64,000 bases of DNA from the NCBI GenBank assembly GCA_046331345.1, contig JAXLRA010000009.1, positions 69,427 to 133,426 of the forward strand, given 5' to 3'. The notes under the pieces were generated by a model that saw only the letters and a program-made list of their open reading frames with translations, had not been told where the DNA came from and ran no database searches. The position numbers and the translations under genes are program-made. Shown here piece by piece: positions 1-9,319 of this stretch (the stretch's first letter is position 1; every line of letters starts with the position of its first letter). The DNA is from Vicinamibacterales bacterium (lineage in GTDB: Bacteria; Acidobacteriota; Vicinamibacteria; Vicinamibacterales; CAVVIG01).

Positions 1-145
1 GAGGGCCTCCATGGGCAGGCAGGGAACCGTCCCAAAAACACAACCGGCCGCTGCGGGTGAGGCAGCGGCCGGGCAGAGTCCGTATGGCGTGAGGGGCGGT
101 TGACGCTGGCCCCTCACATTCGAGCGCGAACGGCCCGGTGCAGCC

Positions 146-712
146 TCAGAGGGCGACAGCCGGCGAGCCGAGCACCTGACGCCAGCCCTTCACGTTGAAG
201 GCGAAGGCGAGCAGGAGGATGCCCGAGACGAGCGCGAAGCCGCCCAGCATCATGATCAGGGTGGCCGGAGCCATCGTGGTGTTGAAGAGGAGCGCGATGC
301 CGAACAGCAGCGAGATGGCGCCGTTCAGGCCGAGCATCCAGTCGCCGGTGACCATCGTGCCGCGGGCCTTGCCCTTGAGCCCCACCGCACCGGCCAGTTC
401 GATGCCGCCCGTCACGATTGCGTAGGCCGCGATGTTGACGACCAGCCAGTACTCCACGAAGTTCTGGGGCGCGAACAGCGTCACCAGACCGACTGCAATA
501 CCAACGAATCCTTCGAGGAAGAGCGAGAGCCAGCTCACCGCCAGGCCCGCACCCATTGTGAAGATACCGTCGGCCAGGGCGAAGAGGCCGAACAGCCTGA
601 GCAGCCACGCCAGCGTCGCATCCGGGGCGACGAGGGCGGCAACGCCGAACAGAGCCGAGACTGCGCCGCGAGCTGCCACGATCCACCAGCGGTTTACGAG
701 TTCGTCAAACAT
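146..712 (-). CDS. HdeD-family (DUF308) acid-resistance-type membrane protein
   Basis: 188-aa ORF that is entirely hydrophobic with Gly-rich repeats (GxxxG-like helices), typical of HdeD/DUF308. A GGAGGAG SD sits 7 nt upstream of the ATG at 712. Confidence 0.55.
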   Translation of the reverse strand: MFDELVNRWWIVAARGAVSALFGVAALVAPDATLAWLLRLFGLFALADGIFTMGAGLAVSWLSLFLEGFVGIAVGLVTLFAPQNFVEYWLVVNIAAYAIVTGGIELAGAVGLKGKARGTMVTGDWMLGLNGAISLLFGIALLFNTTMAPATLIMMLGGFALVSGILLLAFAFNVKGWRQVLGSPAVAL

Positions 713-999
713 GGGGTCCCTCCTCCTGAATCAACCTGTTGCCCTCCCTTGAGCAGACTCCGTGCCGGGTCCATCCAGGCGAAAACAGGCCGGTTTTCTT
801 CGAGATCCCCGGGGGGCTACGCGAAAGAACCCCCACCCCCGCCGATTTTTCGGCGGGAGTGCGGACGGTCGAGCCGGGATGGACCCGGCACAAGGGCGGG
901 CCGGACTGGCGTCAGGTTCTGGCGGGATCGGGCGCAGGCGGCTGGTGCTGGCCGGCCGCGGCCGCTCCGGAGACGGGATGCCGTGGCGTGCGCGGGAGG

Positions 1000-2256
1000 C
1001 TACCGGGCTGCCGCGATTTCCGCGCTGACGAACCCCGGCCGCTCGCGCGCGAACGTGCGGAGGTCCTCGACCGCCTGTTCGAACTGCTCGTTCGTGAAGG
1101 GCTTCACCGGGTCGGTCAGCGCCGCTGCGTGAATCTGCTGGTACTCGCGCTCGATCTCGCGCTCGAGCCAGCCGCCCGACGCCGGGAACTCCTCATCGGG
1201 TTCGAGCGAGGTGCGGACGCACTCCTCGAGCGCGTCGAGCCACACCTTGCGCAGGTCGGTGTACTTGAGTGCGCGGTTCACGAGGCGGTTCTGCTGTTCG
1301 GGCGGCACGTCGGTGATGTTGTGCCACACCGAGGCGTACGGGCCCGAGATGAAGGCGTCACTCTTGTCCCACGGCAGGATGCTGAAGCGCGTCGTGCCCG
1401 GCATCCGGTAGGAATAGAAGTTGTTCATCCCCCAGTTCCCCAGCACCCCGTCGTCGTCGCCCAGGTAGGCTTCGATCGCGACATGGCGCAGGAAGGGACC
1501 GAGGTCGATGAACGGGCCGATGATGTCACGCCATGCCGCGTCGCGCGGGTCGTTGATGGCCCGCACCCAGTCGACCACCACGTCGCCGCGCGGGTCGCTG
1601 CTGTTGGTTTCCGGCGTGAACGGCACGGGCACGTAGGCCGCCGGGTCGTCGCCCCGATCCTCGAAGAGGAAGGGGCTCGCATCGGGCGGGTACTCGTAGC
1701 TGTAGAGCCAGCCGGCGTCGTTGCCCCACGTGCGCTTCAGGAACACTTTGTCCAGCGGCTCGACGATGGTGTACAGGCCGACGAATTCGCCGTTGATGAA
1801 CAGGCGGGCGTGCGCCTCGCGCGAGGCGGCGAGCCCGAGCCGCCGGAACAGCTGCATGCTGATGCGTTCCCGCATGCCCGACGGATCCTGCGTGTTGTTC
1901 CTCAGGACGATCGACTTCAGCCCCAGGAAGGTCTGGTCCGTCGTGTACTTCGCGAAGTCGACCTTGAGGCCCGGCTTCGTGCCGCTGCGACTGCCAGATC
2001 CCCGCGACTTGATGCCGACATTCCGCACCACGTTGTCCCGCCAGCGGAAGTCGGCCGGATAGTAGGTGTTCTCGAGGTACCTGGCCTTGAGCGTCTGCCA
2101 GTCCTGGGTGTTCACCGTCAGCGTGATGTCGTGCAGGAACGCGTCGTCGAACAGCGCGTCGGCTGCGGCCGGACCGAGCAGGCCCGGGCGTGACTGCGCC
2201 AGGAGCGGGCTGAAGACGAGCAGGGCCAGGAACAGGGCGGATAGCGCGCGCTTCAT
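1000..2256 (-). CDS. CotH kinase family protein, secreted (signal peptide MKRALSALFLALLVFSPLLA)
   Basis: The internal Met at aa 250 of the 667-aa track ORF starts a 418-aa protein with a signal peptide and CotH-like conserved blocks. Upstream of that Met the ORF is Arg-rich nonsense. The start overlaps the stop of the upstream gene by ATGA. Confidence 0.65.
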   Translation of the reverse strand: MKRALSALFLALLVFSPLLAQSRPGLLGPAAADALFDDAFLHDITLTVNTQDWQTLKARYLENTYYPADFRWRDNVVRNVGIKSRGSGSRSGTKPGLKVDFAKYTTDQTFLGLKSIVLRNNTQDPSGMRERISMQLFRRLGLAASREAHARLFINGEFVGLYTIVEPLDKVFLKRTWGNDAGWLYSYEYPPDASPFLFEDRGDDPAAYVPVPFTPETNSSDPRGDVVVDWVRAINDPRDAAWRDIIGPFIDLGPFLRHVAIEAYLGDDDGVLGNWGMNNFYSYRMPGTTRFSILPWDKSDAFISGPYASVWHNITDVPPEQQNRLVNRALKYTDLRKVWLDALEECVRTSLEPDEEFPASGGWLEREIEREYQQIHAAALTDPVKPFTNEQFEQAVEDLRTFARERPGFVSAEIAAAR

Positions 2257-2711
2257 AACCGCCTCAGGACCAATTGGCCGGAGTAGATGGCGCCGCCACA
2301 GGTGCTGCGGCCGGCGTAGGTGCCGCTGATGGACGTGGCGCCCGCGATGGCCTCGCCGCGCACGGTCGTCTCGCAGCCGTCCATCGGCGCATCGAAGCCG
2401 CCGGCCGTGATCGTGAGCGTGAACTGGAACTTCTGCTCCAGCACCGAGCCATCCACGCGGCCGCGGCCCGTGATGTCCATCCCGCGATCGACGATGTCCA
2501 TCTGCCCGGTGACCGTGCTGCCGGTCTGTTCGAGGTGCCAGCGCAGGTCGCCGAACCCCGACGTGTCGCTCGCCGTGCCGGCCCAGTTCCCCGTAAGGTC
2601 GAGTGCCGTGGTGGCCGTCGATGTCGGCGTGACGGGCGAGCGCGCGCACCCGTAGCCTCCCAGCATCACGATCCCGGCCACCGACAGCACTCTCCAGACT
2701 CCGCTTCGCAC
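2253..2711 (-). CDS. Hypothetical secreted/lipoprotein-like protein, translationally coupled to the CotH gene
   Basis: 152-aa ORF with an N-terminal signal-like segment (MRSGVWRVLSVAGIVMLGGYGC). Its stop overlaps the CotH start. Confidence 0.45.
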   Translation of the reverse strand: MRSGVWRVLSVAGIVMLGGYGCARSPVTPTSTATTALDLTGNWAGTASDTSGFGDLRWHLEQTGSTVTGQMDIVDRGMDITGRGRVDGSVLEQKFQFTLTITAGGFDAPMDGCETTVRGEAIAGATSISGTYAGRSTCGGAIYSGQLVLRRL

Positions 2712-2876
2712 GACGCGCCTGTCGAGGTGGTGAGCAAACCACGTGCCTCGCGGTGCCGGCGTTTCTCCTGCGAATTCGTGGGGGCATGAATGGCGGCCGC
2801 CCGGATCGTGACGAATCGCCGACGCTGCGGTTGTCGGCGGCTTGCCTCAGGCTGCGCGCTTTCATATGCTCCCGTG

Positions 2877-3743
2877 ATGCACACGTCACGCTACGAAGCG
2901 CCGGCGACGATCGCCGGTGCCGTCGGGATTCTCGCGGCCGATCCCGGCGCGCGGGTCCTCGCCGGGGGCACCGACCTGCTGGTGCAGTATCAATCGGGCG
3001 CACGCCGGCCCACCGTCTTCCTCGACGTCAAACGCATTCCGGAACTCACGGCGATAGCCGCGGACGCCAGCAGCGTGGTCATCGGCTCTGCCGTGCCCGC
3101 CGCGGCCATCTGCAGCCATCCGGTCGTCAGCGCCTGGTTCCCCGGGGTGGTGGACGGCGTCCGGCTGATTGGTTCCACCCAGATCCAGTCGCGCGGCAGC
3201 ATTGGCGGCAACCTCTGTAACGGATCGCCCGCGGCCGACTCGATCTGCGCGCTGTTGACGGCGGGTGCGACCGCCCGCATTGCCGGCCCTGGAGGCGAGC
3301 GCGAGGTGCCGGTGGCGCAGTTCGTGGTGTCGCCGGGCCGGACGGTGCTGGCCCCCGGTGAGCTACTGGTGTCCGTGCGGTTGCCGAAGCCCGCGCCACG
3401 AACCGCCGACGCGTACCAGCGGCTCATTCCGCGTACCGAGATGGACATTGCGGTGGCGTCCGTGGCGGTGGCGCTCACGCTCGACGCCAGCGGCACCTGC
3501 ACCGCGGCCCGGGTGGCCATCGGTGCCGTCGCGCCGACGGCGCGCCTGGTGCCCGACGCCGGAGCCGCGCTGGTGGGCTCGCAGTTGGAGGAGGCGGCGC
3601 TCGAACGGGCCGCCGCCGCTGCGAGTGCGGCGGCGCAGCCAATCGACGACAAGCGGGGCACGGTGGCCTATCGGCGAACGGTGGTCGGCGTGCTCACGAA
3701 GCGGGTGGCGCTCGTCGCTGCATCGCGCGCGAAGGGACTCTAG
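2877..3743 (+). CDS. Xanthine dehydrogenase/CO dehydrogenase family FAD-binding subunit (CoxM/XdhB-like)
   Basis: 288 aa from the ATG at 2877. Glycine-rich FAD-binding segments (AGGTDLL, GSIGGNLC) and the C-terminal CO-dehydrogenase flavoprotein domain. First gene of the M-S-L operon. Confidence 0.8.
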   Translation: MHTSRYEAPATIAGAVGILAADPGARVLAGGTDLLVQYQSGARRPTVFLDVKRIPELTAIAADASSVVIGSAVPAAAICSHPVVSAWFPGVVDGVRLIGSTQIQSRGSIGGNLCNGSPAADSICALLTAGATARIAGPGGEREVPVAQFVVSPGRTVLAPGELLVSVRLPKPAPRTADAYQRLIPRTEMDIAVASVAVALTLDASGTCTAARVAIGAVAPTARLVPDAGAALVGSQLEEAALERAAAAASAAAQPIDDKRGTVAYRRTVVGVLTKRVALVAASRAKGL

Positions 3744-3745
3744 CC

Positions 3746-4228
3746 GTGTCGAAACTCCATATCGAAACCACCGTGAACGGCGAACCGGCGGAATTCCTCT
3801 GCGCGCCTGACGAAACCCTCCTGAGCGCGCTGCGCGGCGGGCTCGGGCTGACCGGCACCAAGGAAGGCTGCGGCACGGGCGACTGCGGCGCCTGCAGCGT
3901 CATCGTGAACGACCGCGTCGTTGCCTCGTGTCTCGTGCTGGCCGCCGAGGCGCAGGGGTGCTCGGTGACGACGATCGAGGGGATCGCCTCGGGCACCGTC
4001 CTGCATCCGCTGCAGAAGGCCTTCCTGAAGGAAGCGGCCCTGCAGTGCGGTGTCTGCACGCCCGGGTTCATCGTCGCGGCCAAGGCGCTGCTCGACGTGA
4101 ACGCGAATCCCACCGAAGAGGAGGTCCGCTACTGGCTGGCCGGCAATCTGTGCCGCTGCACGGGCTACGACAAGATCATCCGCGCGGTGCTCGACGCCGC
4201 CGCTGAAATGAGGAGTGCCACGGTATGA
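3746..4228 (+). CDS. (2Fe-2S)-binding small subunit of the Mo-hydroxylase (CoxS/XdhC-like)
   Basis: 160 aa with a GTG start. Cysteine motifs CGTGDCGACSV and CGVCTPG...CRCTGY are diagnostic of the two [2Fe-2S] clusters. Confidence 0.85.
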   Translation: MSKLHIETTVNGEPAEFLCAPDETLLSALRGGLGLTGTKEGCGTGDCGACSVIVNDRVVASCLVLAAEAQGCSVTTIEGIASGTVLHPLQKAFLKEAALQCGVCTPGFIVAAKALLDVNANPTEEEVRYWLAGNLCRCTGYDKIIRAVLDAAAEMRSATV

Positions 4229-6483
4229 GCGAGCCTGTTTACACCGCGATCGGCACGCGCCCGGTCCGCCACGACGGCGTCGACAAGGTGACCGGTCGCG
4301 CGAACTACGGCGCCGACCTGTCGCTGCCGGGCATGCTGTTCGGCGTGGTCGTCCGCAGCCCGCACGCGCACGCGCGCATCCTGCGCGTGGACGGCTCCGG
4401 GGCGCTCGCCGTACCCGGCGTGAAGGCCGTCATCAGCGGGAAGGACGTGCCGCTGGTCGACGCGAAGCTCGGCATGGGTGAAGGCGCCATGGACCTCAAG
4501 GACATGAGCGACAACCTGCTGGCGCGCGACAAGGCGCTGTACCACGGACACGCGGTCGCCGCTGTCGCGGCCACCAGCCTTGCCGCGGCCCGCGAAGGCG
4601 CGGCGCTCGTCAAGGTCGAGTACGAGGTGCTGGAACCGGTGCTCGACGTGGACCGCGCCATGGAACCGGGCGCACCGATCCTGCACGAGACGATGACAAC
4701 GCACGCGAGGCCGCCGATTGAGCAGAAGGGGCCGACGAACGTCGCGGGCCGGATGGAGTTGAAGCGGGGCGACCTCGAGGCCGGCTTCGCCGAGGCGGAC
4801 GTCGTGGTCGAACGCGTGTTCCGCACGCCGACCAGCCACCAGGGCTACATCGAGCCGCATGCCTGCGTGGCCCGCGTGAACGAAGACGGCCGCATCAGCA
4901 TCTGGACGAGCACGCAGGGACCCTTCCTGGTGCGTGACGCCACGGCCATGATCCTCGGACTGGACGCGGCGAACGTGAAGGTGACGCCGAGCGAAATCGG
5001 CGGCGGCTTCGGCGGGAAGATTCCCGTCTACCTGGAGCCGCTCGCCGTTGTGCTGGCCAGGGCGACGCAGCGGCCGGTGAAGATGGTGATGACCCGCGAC
5101 GAAGTGTTCCGCGCGTCGGGGCCGACGTCGGCGACGAAGATCCGCATGAAGATGGGCGCGAAGAAGGACGGCACGATCGTCGCCGCGTCAGCATCGCTCT
5201 ACTACGAAGCGGGCGCGTACCGCGGCTCGCCGTCGGGCGCCGGGGCGATGTGCGCCTTTGCCCCGTACAACATTCCCAATTTCTTCATCGAGGCCTACGA
5301 CATCGTCGTCAACAAGCCGAAGGTGGCGGCGTACCGCGCGCCGGGTTCGCCGATGGCGGCGCTCGCGACCGAGTCGCTGATCGACGAGATCGCGGACACG
5401 CTCAAGCTCGACAAGGTCGACATCCGCGTGAAGAACGCCGTGAAGGAGGGCGACAACGCGCCCTACGGCCCGAAGTACGCGCGCATCGGCTTCCACGACG
5501 TGCTGGAGCAGGTCCGCAACAGCGATCACTGGAAGAGCCCCGTGGCCGCGGGCACCGGACGCGGCCTGGCGTGCGGCTTCTGGTTCAACGCCGGCATGAG
5601 CTCGAGCGCCACCGTCACGCTCGGGGCCGACGGCAGCGCGGCCGTGGTGACCGGCAATCCGGACATCGGCGGCACCCGCGCCGCCCAGGCGCTGATGGTG
5701 GCGGAGGAACTCGGCATTCCGGTGGAGCGCGTGCGGCCGAGCGTGGCCGACACCGACACGGCCGGTTTCACCGAGATCACGGCCGGCAGCCGAACCTGCT
5801 ATGCCACGGGCATGGCGGTCGTCGAGGCCTCGCGCGACGTGCGCGAGCAACTGCGCGCCAGGGCCGCGAAGATCTGGAACGTACCGGTCGAGGACACGCG
5901 CTGGGAGCAGGGCCGCGTGGTGCCGCTGAACCCGTCGGACGATCGGCAGCCGCTCACGGTGGCCGAGCTGGCGGCGAAGCTGGCCAAGACCGGCGGTCCC
6001 ATCATCGGCCGCGCGTCGGTGAATCCGCCGATGGCCGGACCGGCGTTCGCCGCCCACATCTGCGACCTTCAGGTCGACAAGGACACGGGCTGCAGCCGCG
6101 TGGTCCGCTATACGACCGTGCAGGACGTCGGCAAGGCCATCCACCCGAGCTACGTCGAGGGGCAGATGCAGGGTGGGGCGTCCCAGGGGATTGGCTGGGC
6201 GCTCAACGAGGAGTACATCTACAACGCCCAGGGCGTGATGGAGAACGCCGGCTTCCTCGACTACCGGATGCCGGTGGCCTCGGATCTGCCGATGATCGAT
6301 ACCATTCTGGTCGAGGTGCCGACACCCGGACATCCCTATGGCGTTCGTGGCGTGGGTGAAGTGCCGATCGTGCCGCCGCTCGGGGCGGTGGCCAACGCGA
6401 TGAGCGCCGCGACCGGGCTCCGGTTCACCGACCTGCCGCTGTCGCCGCCGCGCGTCCTGGAGCGCCTGTCGCAGGCACGGTAG
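4225..6483 (+). CDS. Molybdopterin-binding large subunit of a xanthine dehydrogenase family oxidoreductase (aldehyde oxidase/CoxL-like)
   Basis: 752 aa. The start overlaps the preceding stop (ATGA). Ald_Xan_dh N-terminal block (GxARY..DL, HAHARI) and molybdopterin-binding blocks. Confidence 0.85.
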   Translation: MSEPVYTAIGTRPVRHDGVDKVTGRANYGADLSLPGMLFGVVVRSPHAHARILRVDGSGALAVPGVKAVISGKDVPLVDAKLGMGEGAMDLKDMSDNLLARDKALYHGHAVAAVAATSLAAAREGAALVKVEYEVLEPVLDVDRAMEPGAPILHETMTTHARPPIEQKGPTNVAGRMELKRGDLEAGFAEADVVVERVFRTPTSHQGYIEPHACVARVNEDGRISIWTSTQGPFLVRDATAMILGLDAANVKVTPSEIGGGFGGKIPVYLEPLAVVLARATQRPVKMVMTRDEVFRASGPTSATKIRMKMGAKKDGTIVAASASLYYEAGAYRGSPSGAGAMCAFAPYNIPNFFIEAYDIVVNKPKVAAYRAPGSPMAALATESLIDEIADTLKLDKVDIRVKNAVKEGDNAPYGPKYARIGFHDVLEQVRNSDHWKSPVAAGTGRGLACGFWFNAGMSSSATVTLGADGSAAVVTGNPDIGGTRAAQALMVAEELGIPVERVRPSVADTDTAGFTEITAGSRTCYATGMAVVEASRDVREQLRARAAKIWNVPVEDTRWEQGRVVPLNPSDDRQPLTVAELAAKLAKTGGPIIGRASVNPPMAGPAFAAHICDLQVDKDTGCSRVVRYTTVQDVGKAIHPSYVEGQMQGGASQGIGWALNEEYIYNAQGVMENAGFLDYRMPVASDLPMIDTILVEVPTPGHPYGVRGVGEVPIVPPLGAVANAMSAATGLRFTDLPLSPPRVLERLSQAR

Positions 6484-6725
6484 TGGCGGTCGTGCACTTC
6501 TCCAGCGCGCTGATGTCGCACACCGGCGGCCTCGCGCAGGTCACGATCGATGCGCCGAGGGTCCGGGAACTGCTCGCCGTGCTGCGCCGGCAGTTCCCCG
6601 GGCTCGAGGGGCAGCTCGACGACCTCGCCGTGGCCATCGACGGCGACGTGCGGACGGACGCCGAGTTCGAGCCGCTGCTGCCGACGAGCGAGGTCTACTT
6701 CGTGCCGAAGATTGCGGGAGGCTGA
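6483..6725 (+). CDS. MoaD/ThiS-family ubiquitin-like sulfur carrier protein (C-terminal Gly-Gly)
   Basis: 80 aa ending ...VYFVPKIAGG. Its size and C-terminal GG match MoaD. The start overlaps the CoxL-like stop (TAGTG). Confidence 0.6.
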   Translation: MAVVHFSSALMSHTGGLAQVTIDAPRVRELLAVLRRQFPGLEGQLDDLAVAIDGDVRTDAEFEPLLPTSEVYFVPKIAGG

Positions 6726-7099
6726 TGTCGTTCCTGATCCGTCTTGCCGTCAATGCCATCGCCCTGTGGGTCGCCACGCAGTTCGTGCCCGGCGTGCACT
6801 ATGCCGGCGACCCGCTGCCGTTCCTCGTCGTGGCCCTGATCTTCGGCATCATCAACGCAACGATCCGTCCGCTGCTCAAGCTGATGACCTGCCCGCTGAT
6901 CCTGCTGACGCTGGGCCTGTTCGCGCTGGTGGTGAACGGACTGATGCTGATGCTCACCAGCCGCATCGCGGCGGCGCTGGGTATCGGCTTTCACGTGGAC
7001 GGCTTCTGGCCCGCCTTCTGGGGTGCGCTCGTCGTGAGCGTGGCCAGCGCGCTGCTGTCGATGACGGTGAGGGTGGAGACTGCCGACGAGAGAAGGTAG
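6725..7099 (+). CDS. DUF360 / phage-holin-family-4-like small membrane protein
   Basis: 124 aa with 3-4 TM helices. The start overlaps the previous stop (TGATG). The sequence pattern (NAIALWVATQFVPG...) is typical of YvlD/DUF360. Confidence 0.55.
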   Translation: MSFLIRLAVNAIALWVATQFVPGVHYAGDPLPFLVVALIFGIINATIRPLLKLMTCPLILLTLGLFALVVNGLMLMLTSRIAAALGIGFHVDGFWPAFWGALVVSVASALLSMTVRVETADERR

Positions 7100-7182
7100 A
7101 ACTTAGAAGTAAGAAGTGAAGTTGGGACGTGAAGTTCTGAAGTTCACTTCTCACTTCCAAGTTGCGAATTCTACTTGCAGGG
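7096..7182. repeat. AT-rich palindromic intergenic repeat element, copy 1 (see copy 2 at 9243..9315)
   Basis: Sequence gtagaacttagaagtaagaagtgaa...ttcacttctcacttccaagttgcgaattc. It has 9-bp perfect inverted arms (agaagtgaa / ttcacttct), is AT-rich in a GC-rich genome, and lies between convergent gene ends. Confidence 0.7.
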
Positions 7183-7938
7183 CTGGCCGCCGACGGTCAG
7201 CAGCAGGACCGCCGGATTGCGCCCCTTGCGGGTCAGTGCGTGGGCCGTTCCGCGCGGAACCATGGCGTACCAGCCCGACTGCAGGCCCTGGTCGCGCCCA
7301 TTCAGGTTCAGCGTCACTTCACCGGCCACGACGTAGATCGTCAGGTCGGCGTCCTCGTTGGCAGGCGCCTTCACGCTCTCGCGCAGCACCATCATCTGGG
7401 TGTTGTCCAGCCCCGAACAGGCGACCGGCACCAGCTTGCTCGGCTCGCGGCCGCTCAGGTTCTTTTCCGCGAGGTCGGCAATCGACAGCACCCGGGCCTC
7501 GCCGGCCTTCGGCGCCGGCGCGGCAGGTGGCGGCGGAGGCGGTGCCACCGGGGGCGGGGGCGGCGGCGGGGGCGGTGCCAGGGTAAGGGCGAACTCGACA
7601 GGCGGGGCGGTCGCACCGGCCCGCAGTGTCACTTCCTTTTCGAGGGTGATGAACCCTTCTCCCTCGGCTCGCAGGCGGTAGGTGCCGGCGCCCAGCGTCC
7701 GGAACTGGACGGCACCCGTAGCGTCGCTGGTACCCTCGCGGCTGGCGGGTCCTTCCAGGCTGACCGTGACCCCGGACGCCGGCGTGCCGGTCCGGTCCGT
7801 CACGCGGACCTGGAGGGCCAGACCGTTCGCCGCCGGGGCCGGCCGTCTCTGGGCCGGCGCTGCAGGCGCGGCCGGGGCCTGGGCGGCAGGGGCCGCGGTC
7901 TGCAGCAGTGCCGCTGCCAGGGCGAGTCCAGCGATCAT
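7171..7938 (-). CDS. Secreted protein: carboxypeptidase-regulatory-like domain, poly-Pro linker, C-terminal cupin domain
   Basis: Signal peptide MIAGLALAAALLQTAAPAAQA from the Met at aa 18 of the track ORF, a run of about 20 Pro, and a C-terminal cupin-like beta-barrel segment. Confidence 0.55.
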   Translation of the reverse strand: MIAGLALAAALLQTAAPAAQAPAAPAAPAQRRPAPAANGLALQVRVTDRTGTPASGVTVSLEGPASREGTSDATGAVQFRTLGAGTYRLRAEGEGFITLEKEVTLRAGATAPPVEFALTLAPPPPPPPPPVAPPPPPPAAPAPKAGEARVLSIADLAEKNLSGREPSKLVPVACSGLDNTQMMVLRESVKAPANEDADLTIYVVAGEVTLNLNGRDQGLQSGWYAMVPRGTAHALTRKGRNPAVLLLTVGGQPCK

Positions 7939-8054
7939 CGTATCCTCCACCTCCGAAATGCGTCCCGAGCCATCCCCGCAGAGCCACACATCGACCGGGC
8001 TGGGAGTGGCCGCCGGGTGTCTGCTTCCGGATTATCGACCAGAACCGGGCATTT

Positions 8055-8600
8055 CTACCGCAAGGCGTCTGGTGTCAGCACAGCACGTGCCACCATCCGT
8101 GAGCTTTCCCGGATTTCCCGGGCAGCGGCGCGCACCGAGATCGTGGCGCGGGACGTGACATCGACGTCGTGCCCGACCTCGAACCGGTCGCGGATGCTCT
8201 TGCCCTTGAACTGCAGCGGAAACTCCGGCTTGTTGATCGAGATGTCGCCGTAGGGTTCGGTGTTCCGGTCCATGATCACGCCGGTAATCCGCCCCTGGGT
8301 GTTCATCCCGATCAGCATGTGGATGTGGCCGTGGTAACCCAGTTCTCCGGGGACCAGGTCGACCGTCCAGAAGGCCCACCCGAGCGGCTTCGCCCCCTTC
8401 ACCCTGGCCGGGTCCGCCGCGTAGGCCGTGAAATACAGCGGATCCTTCTCCCCACGGGGAGTAAACATCGTGGCCGAGGGAAAGAGCGTTCTCAGCCGGG
8501 CCGTCGGCATCGGGTCGATGAAGCCGGCGACCGACTGGGCCATCAGGGCCAGCGGGGCCAGCACGAGGGCCACCAGGGCACACACAAGCGAACGGGTCAC
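8055..8600 (-). CDS. FMN-binding domain protein (NqrC/RnfG/NosR-type FMN_bind), secreted
   Basis: GTG start at aa 60 of the track ORF, preceded by GGAG (6-nt spacer) and a TATAAT-like hexamer. Signal peptide VTRSLVCALVALVLAPLALMA. TSRATIS motif, which is the flavin-attachment Thr of FMN_bind. Confidence 0.55.
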   Translation of the reverse strand: MTRSLVCALVALVLAPLALMAQSVAGFIDPMPTARLRTLFPSATMFTPRGEKDPLYFTAYAADPARVKGAKPLGWAFWTVDLVPGELGYHGHIHMLIGMNTQGRITGVIMDRNTEPYGDISINKPEFPLQFKGKSIRDRFEVGHDVDVTSRATISVRAAAREIRESSRMVARAVLTPDALR

Positions 8601-8748
8601 GCGAATCTCCGCGCACCGATTATAGGGGACACGACCGTCTGGCCGGGCATTCGGCCGAGCTTCAGCCGGAGCGAGCGGCCTGCCCAGGCCTGCCCCGGCG
8701 TTCATGGCGGGCACGGCCGTTGCCGATAGCCTGTGCAAGGAGGAGCCG

Positions 8749-9246
8749 ATGGAACCGCTGTCCGACCTTCTCGCCACCTCAGAGCGTCAGGCCCTGGAGT
8801 TCTTCTTCATCGGCTTGAAGGATGTCTCGGGCGCCGACGTGGACCAGCAGGAACTGCTTTACACCGCGAGCGTGCTCGCGCACTACGCCCAGGTCTCGAC
8901 GCAGGCCGGGCTGGACATGCCGACGCCGGCCACGCTGACCGCGGTCTTCGATCAGTTCATTCTCGGGGGCAGTGTGGAACCGGACAGCGACCTGCTGGAG
9001 ATTGCAGCTACCCAGTGCCTGCTGCTGTCCGGGTTCTTCGAGGCGCAGATGCGGCAGCGGCACAACATCCGGTGGTACGCCGAACTGGGGTCGGGTTTCT
9101 TCAGGCGGGCCGCCGTGCTCTCGAAGCAGCGGAAGCGGGCGGAACTGCTGGATCTGGTCGGGCGCCACTTCGAACCGTGGCGCGTGCGGTACTCACGGCT
9201 GAGCCGGGAGCTGAGGGAACAGCAGTACTTGATGAGGACAACGTAG
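8749..9246 (+). CDS. Hypothetical protein
   Basis: 165 aa from ATG 8749, preceded by AAGGAGG. No recognisable motifs. Confidence 0.45.
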   Translation: MEPLSDLLATSERQALEFFFIGLKDVSGADVDQQELLYTASVLAHYAQVSTQAGLDMPTPATLTAVFDQFILGGSVEPDSDLLEIAATQCLLLSGFFEAQMRQRHNIRWYAELGSGFFRRAAVLSKQRKRAELLDLVGRHFEPWRVRYSRLSRELREQQYLMRTT

Positions 9247-9315
9247 AACTTGGAACTTAGAAGTTAGAAGTGAACTTCAGAACTTCACTTCTAACTTCCA
9301 GGTTGCCAATTCCGC
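9243..9315. repeat. AT-rich palindromic intergenic repeat element, copy 2
   Basis: Sequence gtagaacttggaacttagaagttagaagtgaa cttcagaac ttcacttctaacttccaggttgccaattc. It is a perfect hairpin (agaagtgaa/ttcacttct) and shares conserved flanks with copy 1. Confidence 0.7.
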
Positions 9316-9319
9316 AGCG

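Noticed and set aside
97-125. Hairpin gtgagggg-N13-cccctcac downstream of the HdeD-like gene
   Set aside because: It is a plausible terminator stem, but it has no U-tract and sits at the window edge. Left as a note only.
739-2193. 484-aa plus-strand ORF and several other ORFs overlapping the CotH gene
   Set aside because: It is antisense to a well-supported CotH CDS with a signal peptide. The protein is Arg/Pro-rich and low-complexity with no motifs. This is a typical GC-rich mirror ORF.
5188-6359. 381-aa minus-strand and 369-aa plus-strand ORFs inside the Mo-subunit gene
   Set aside because: They overlap the conserved CoxL-like CDS. The translations are Arg/Gly/His-rich nonsense.
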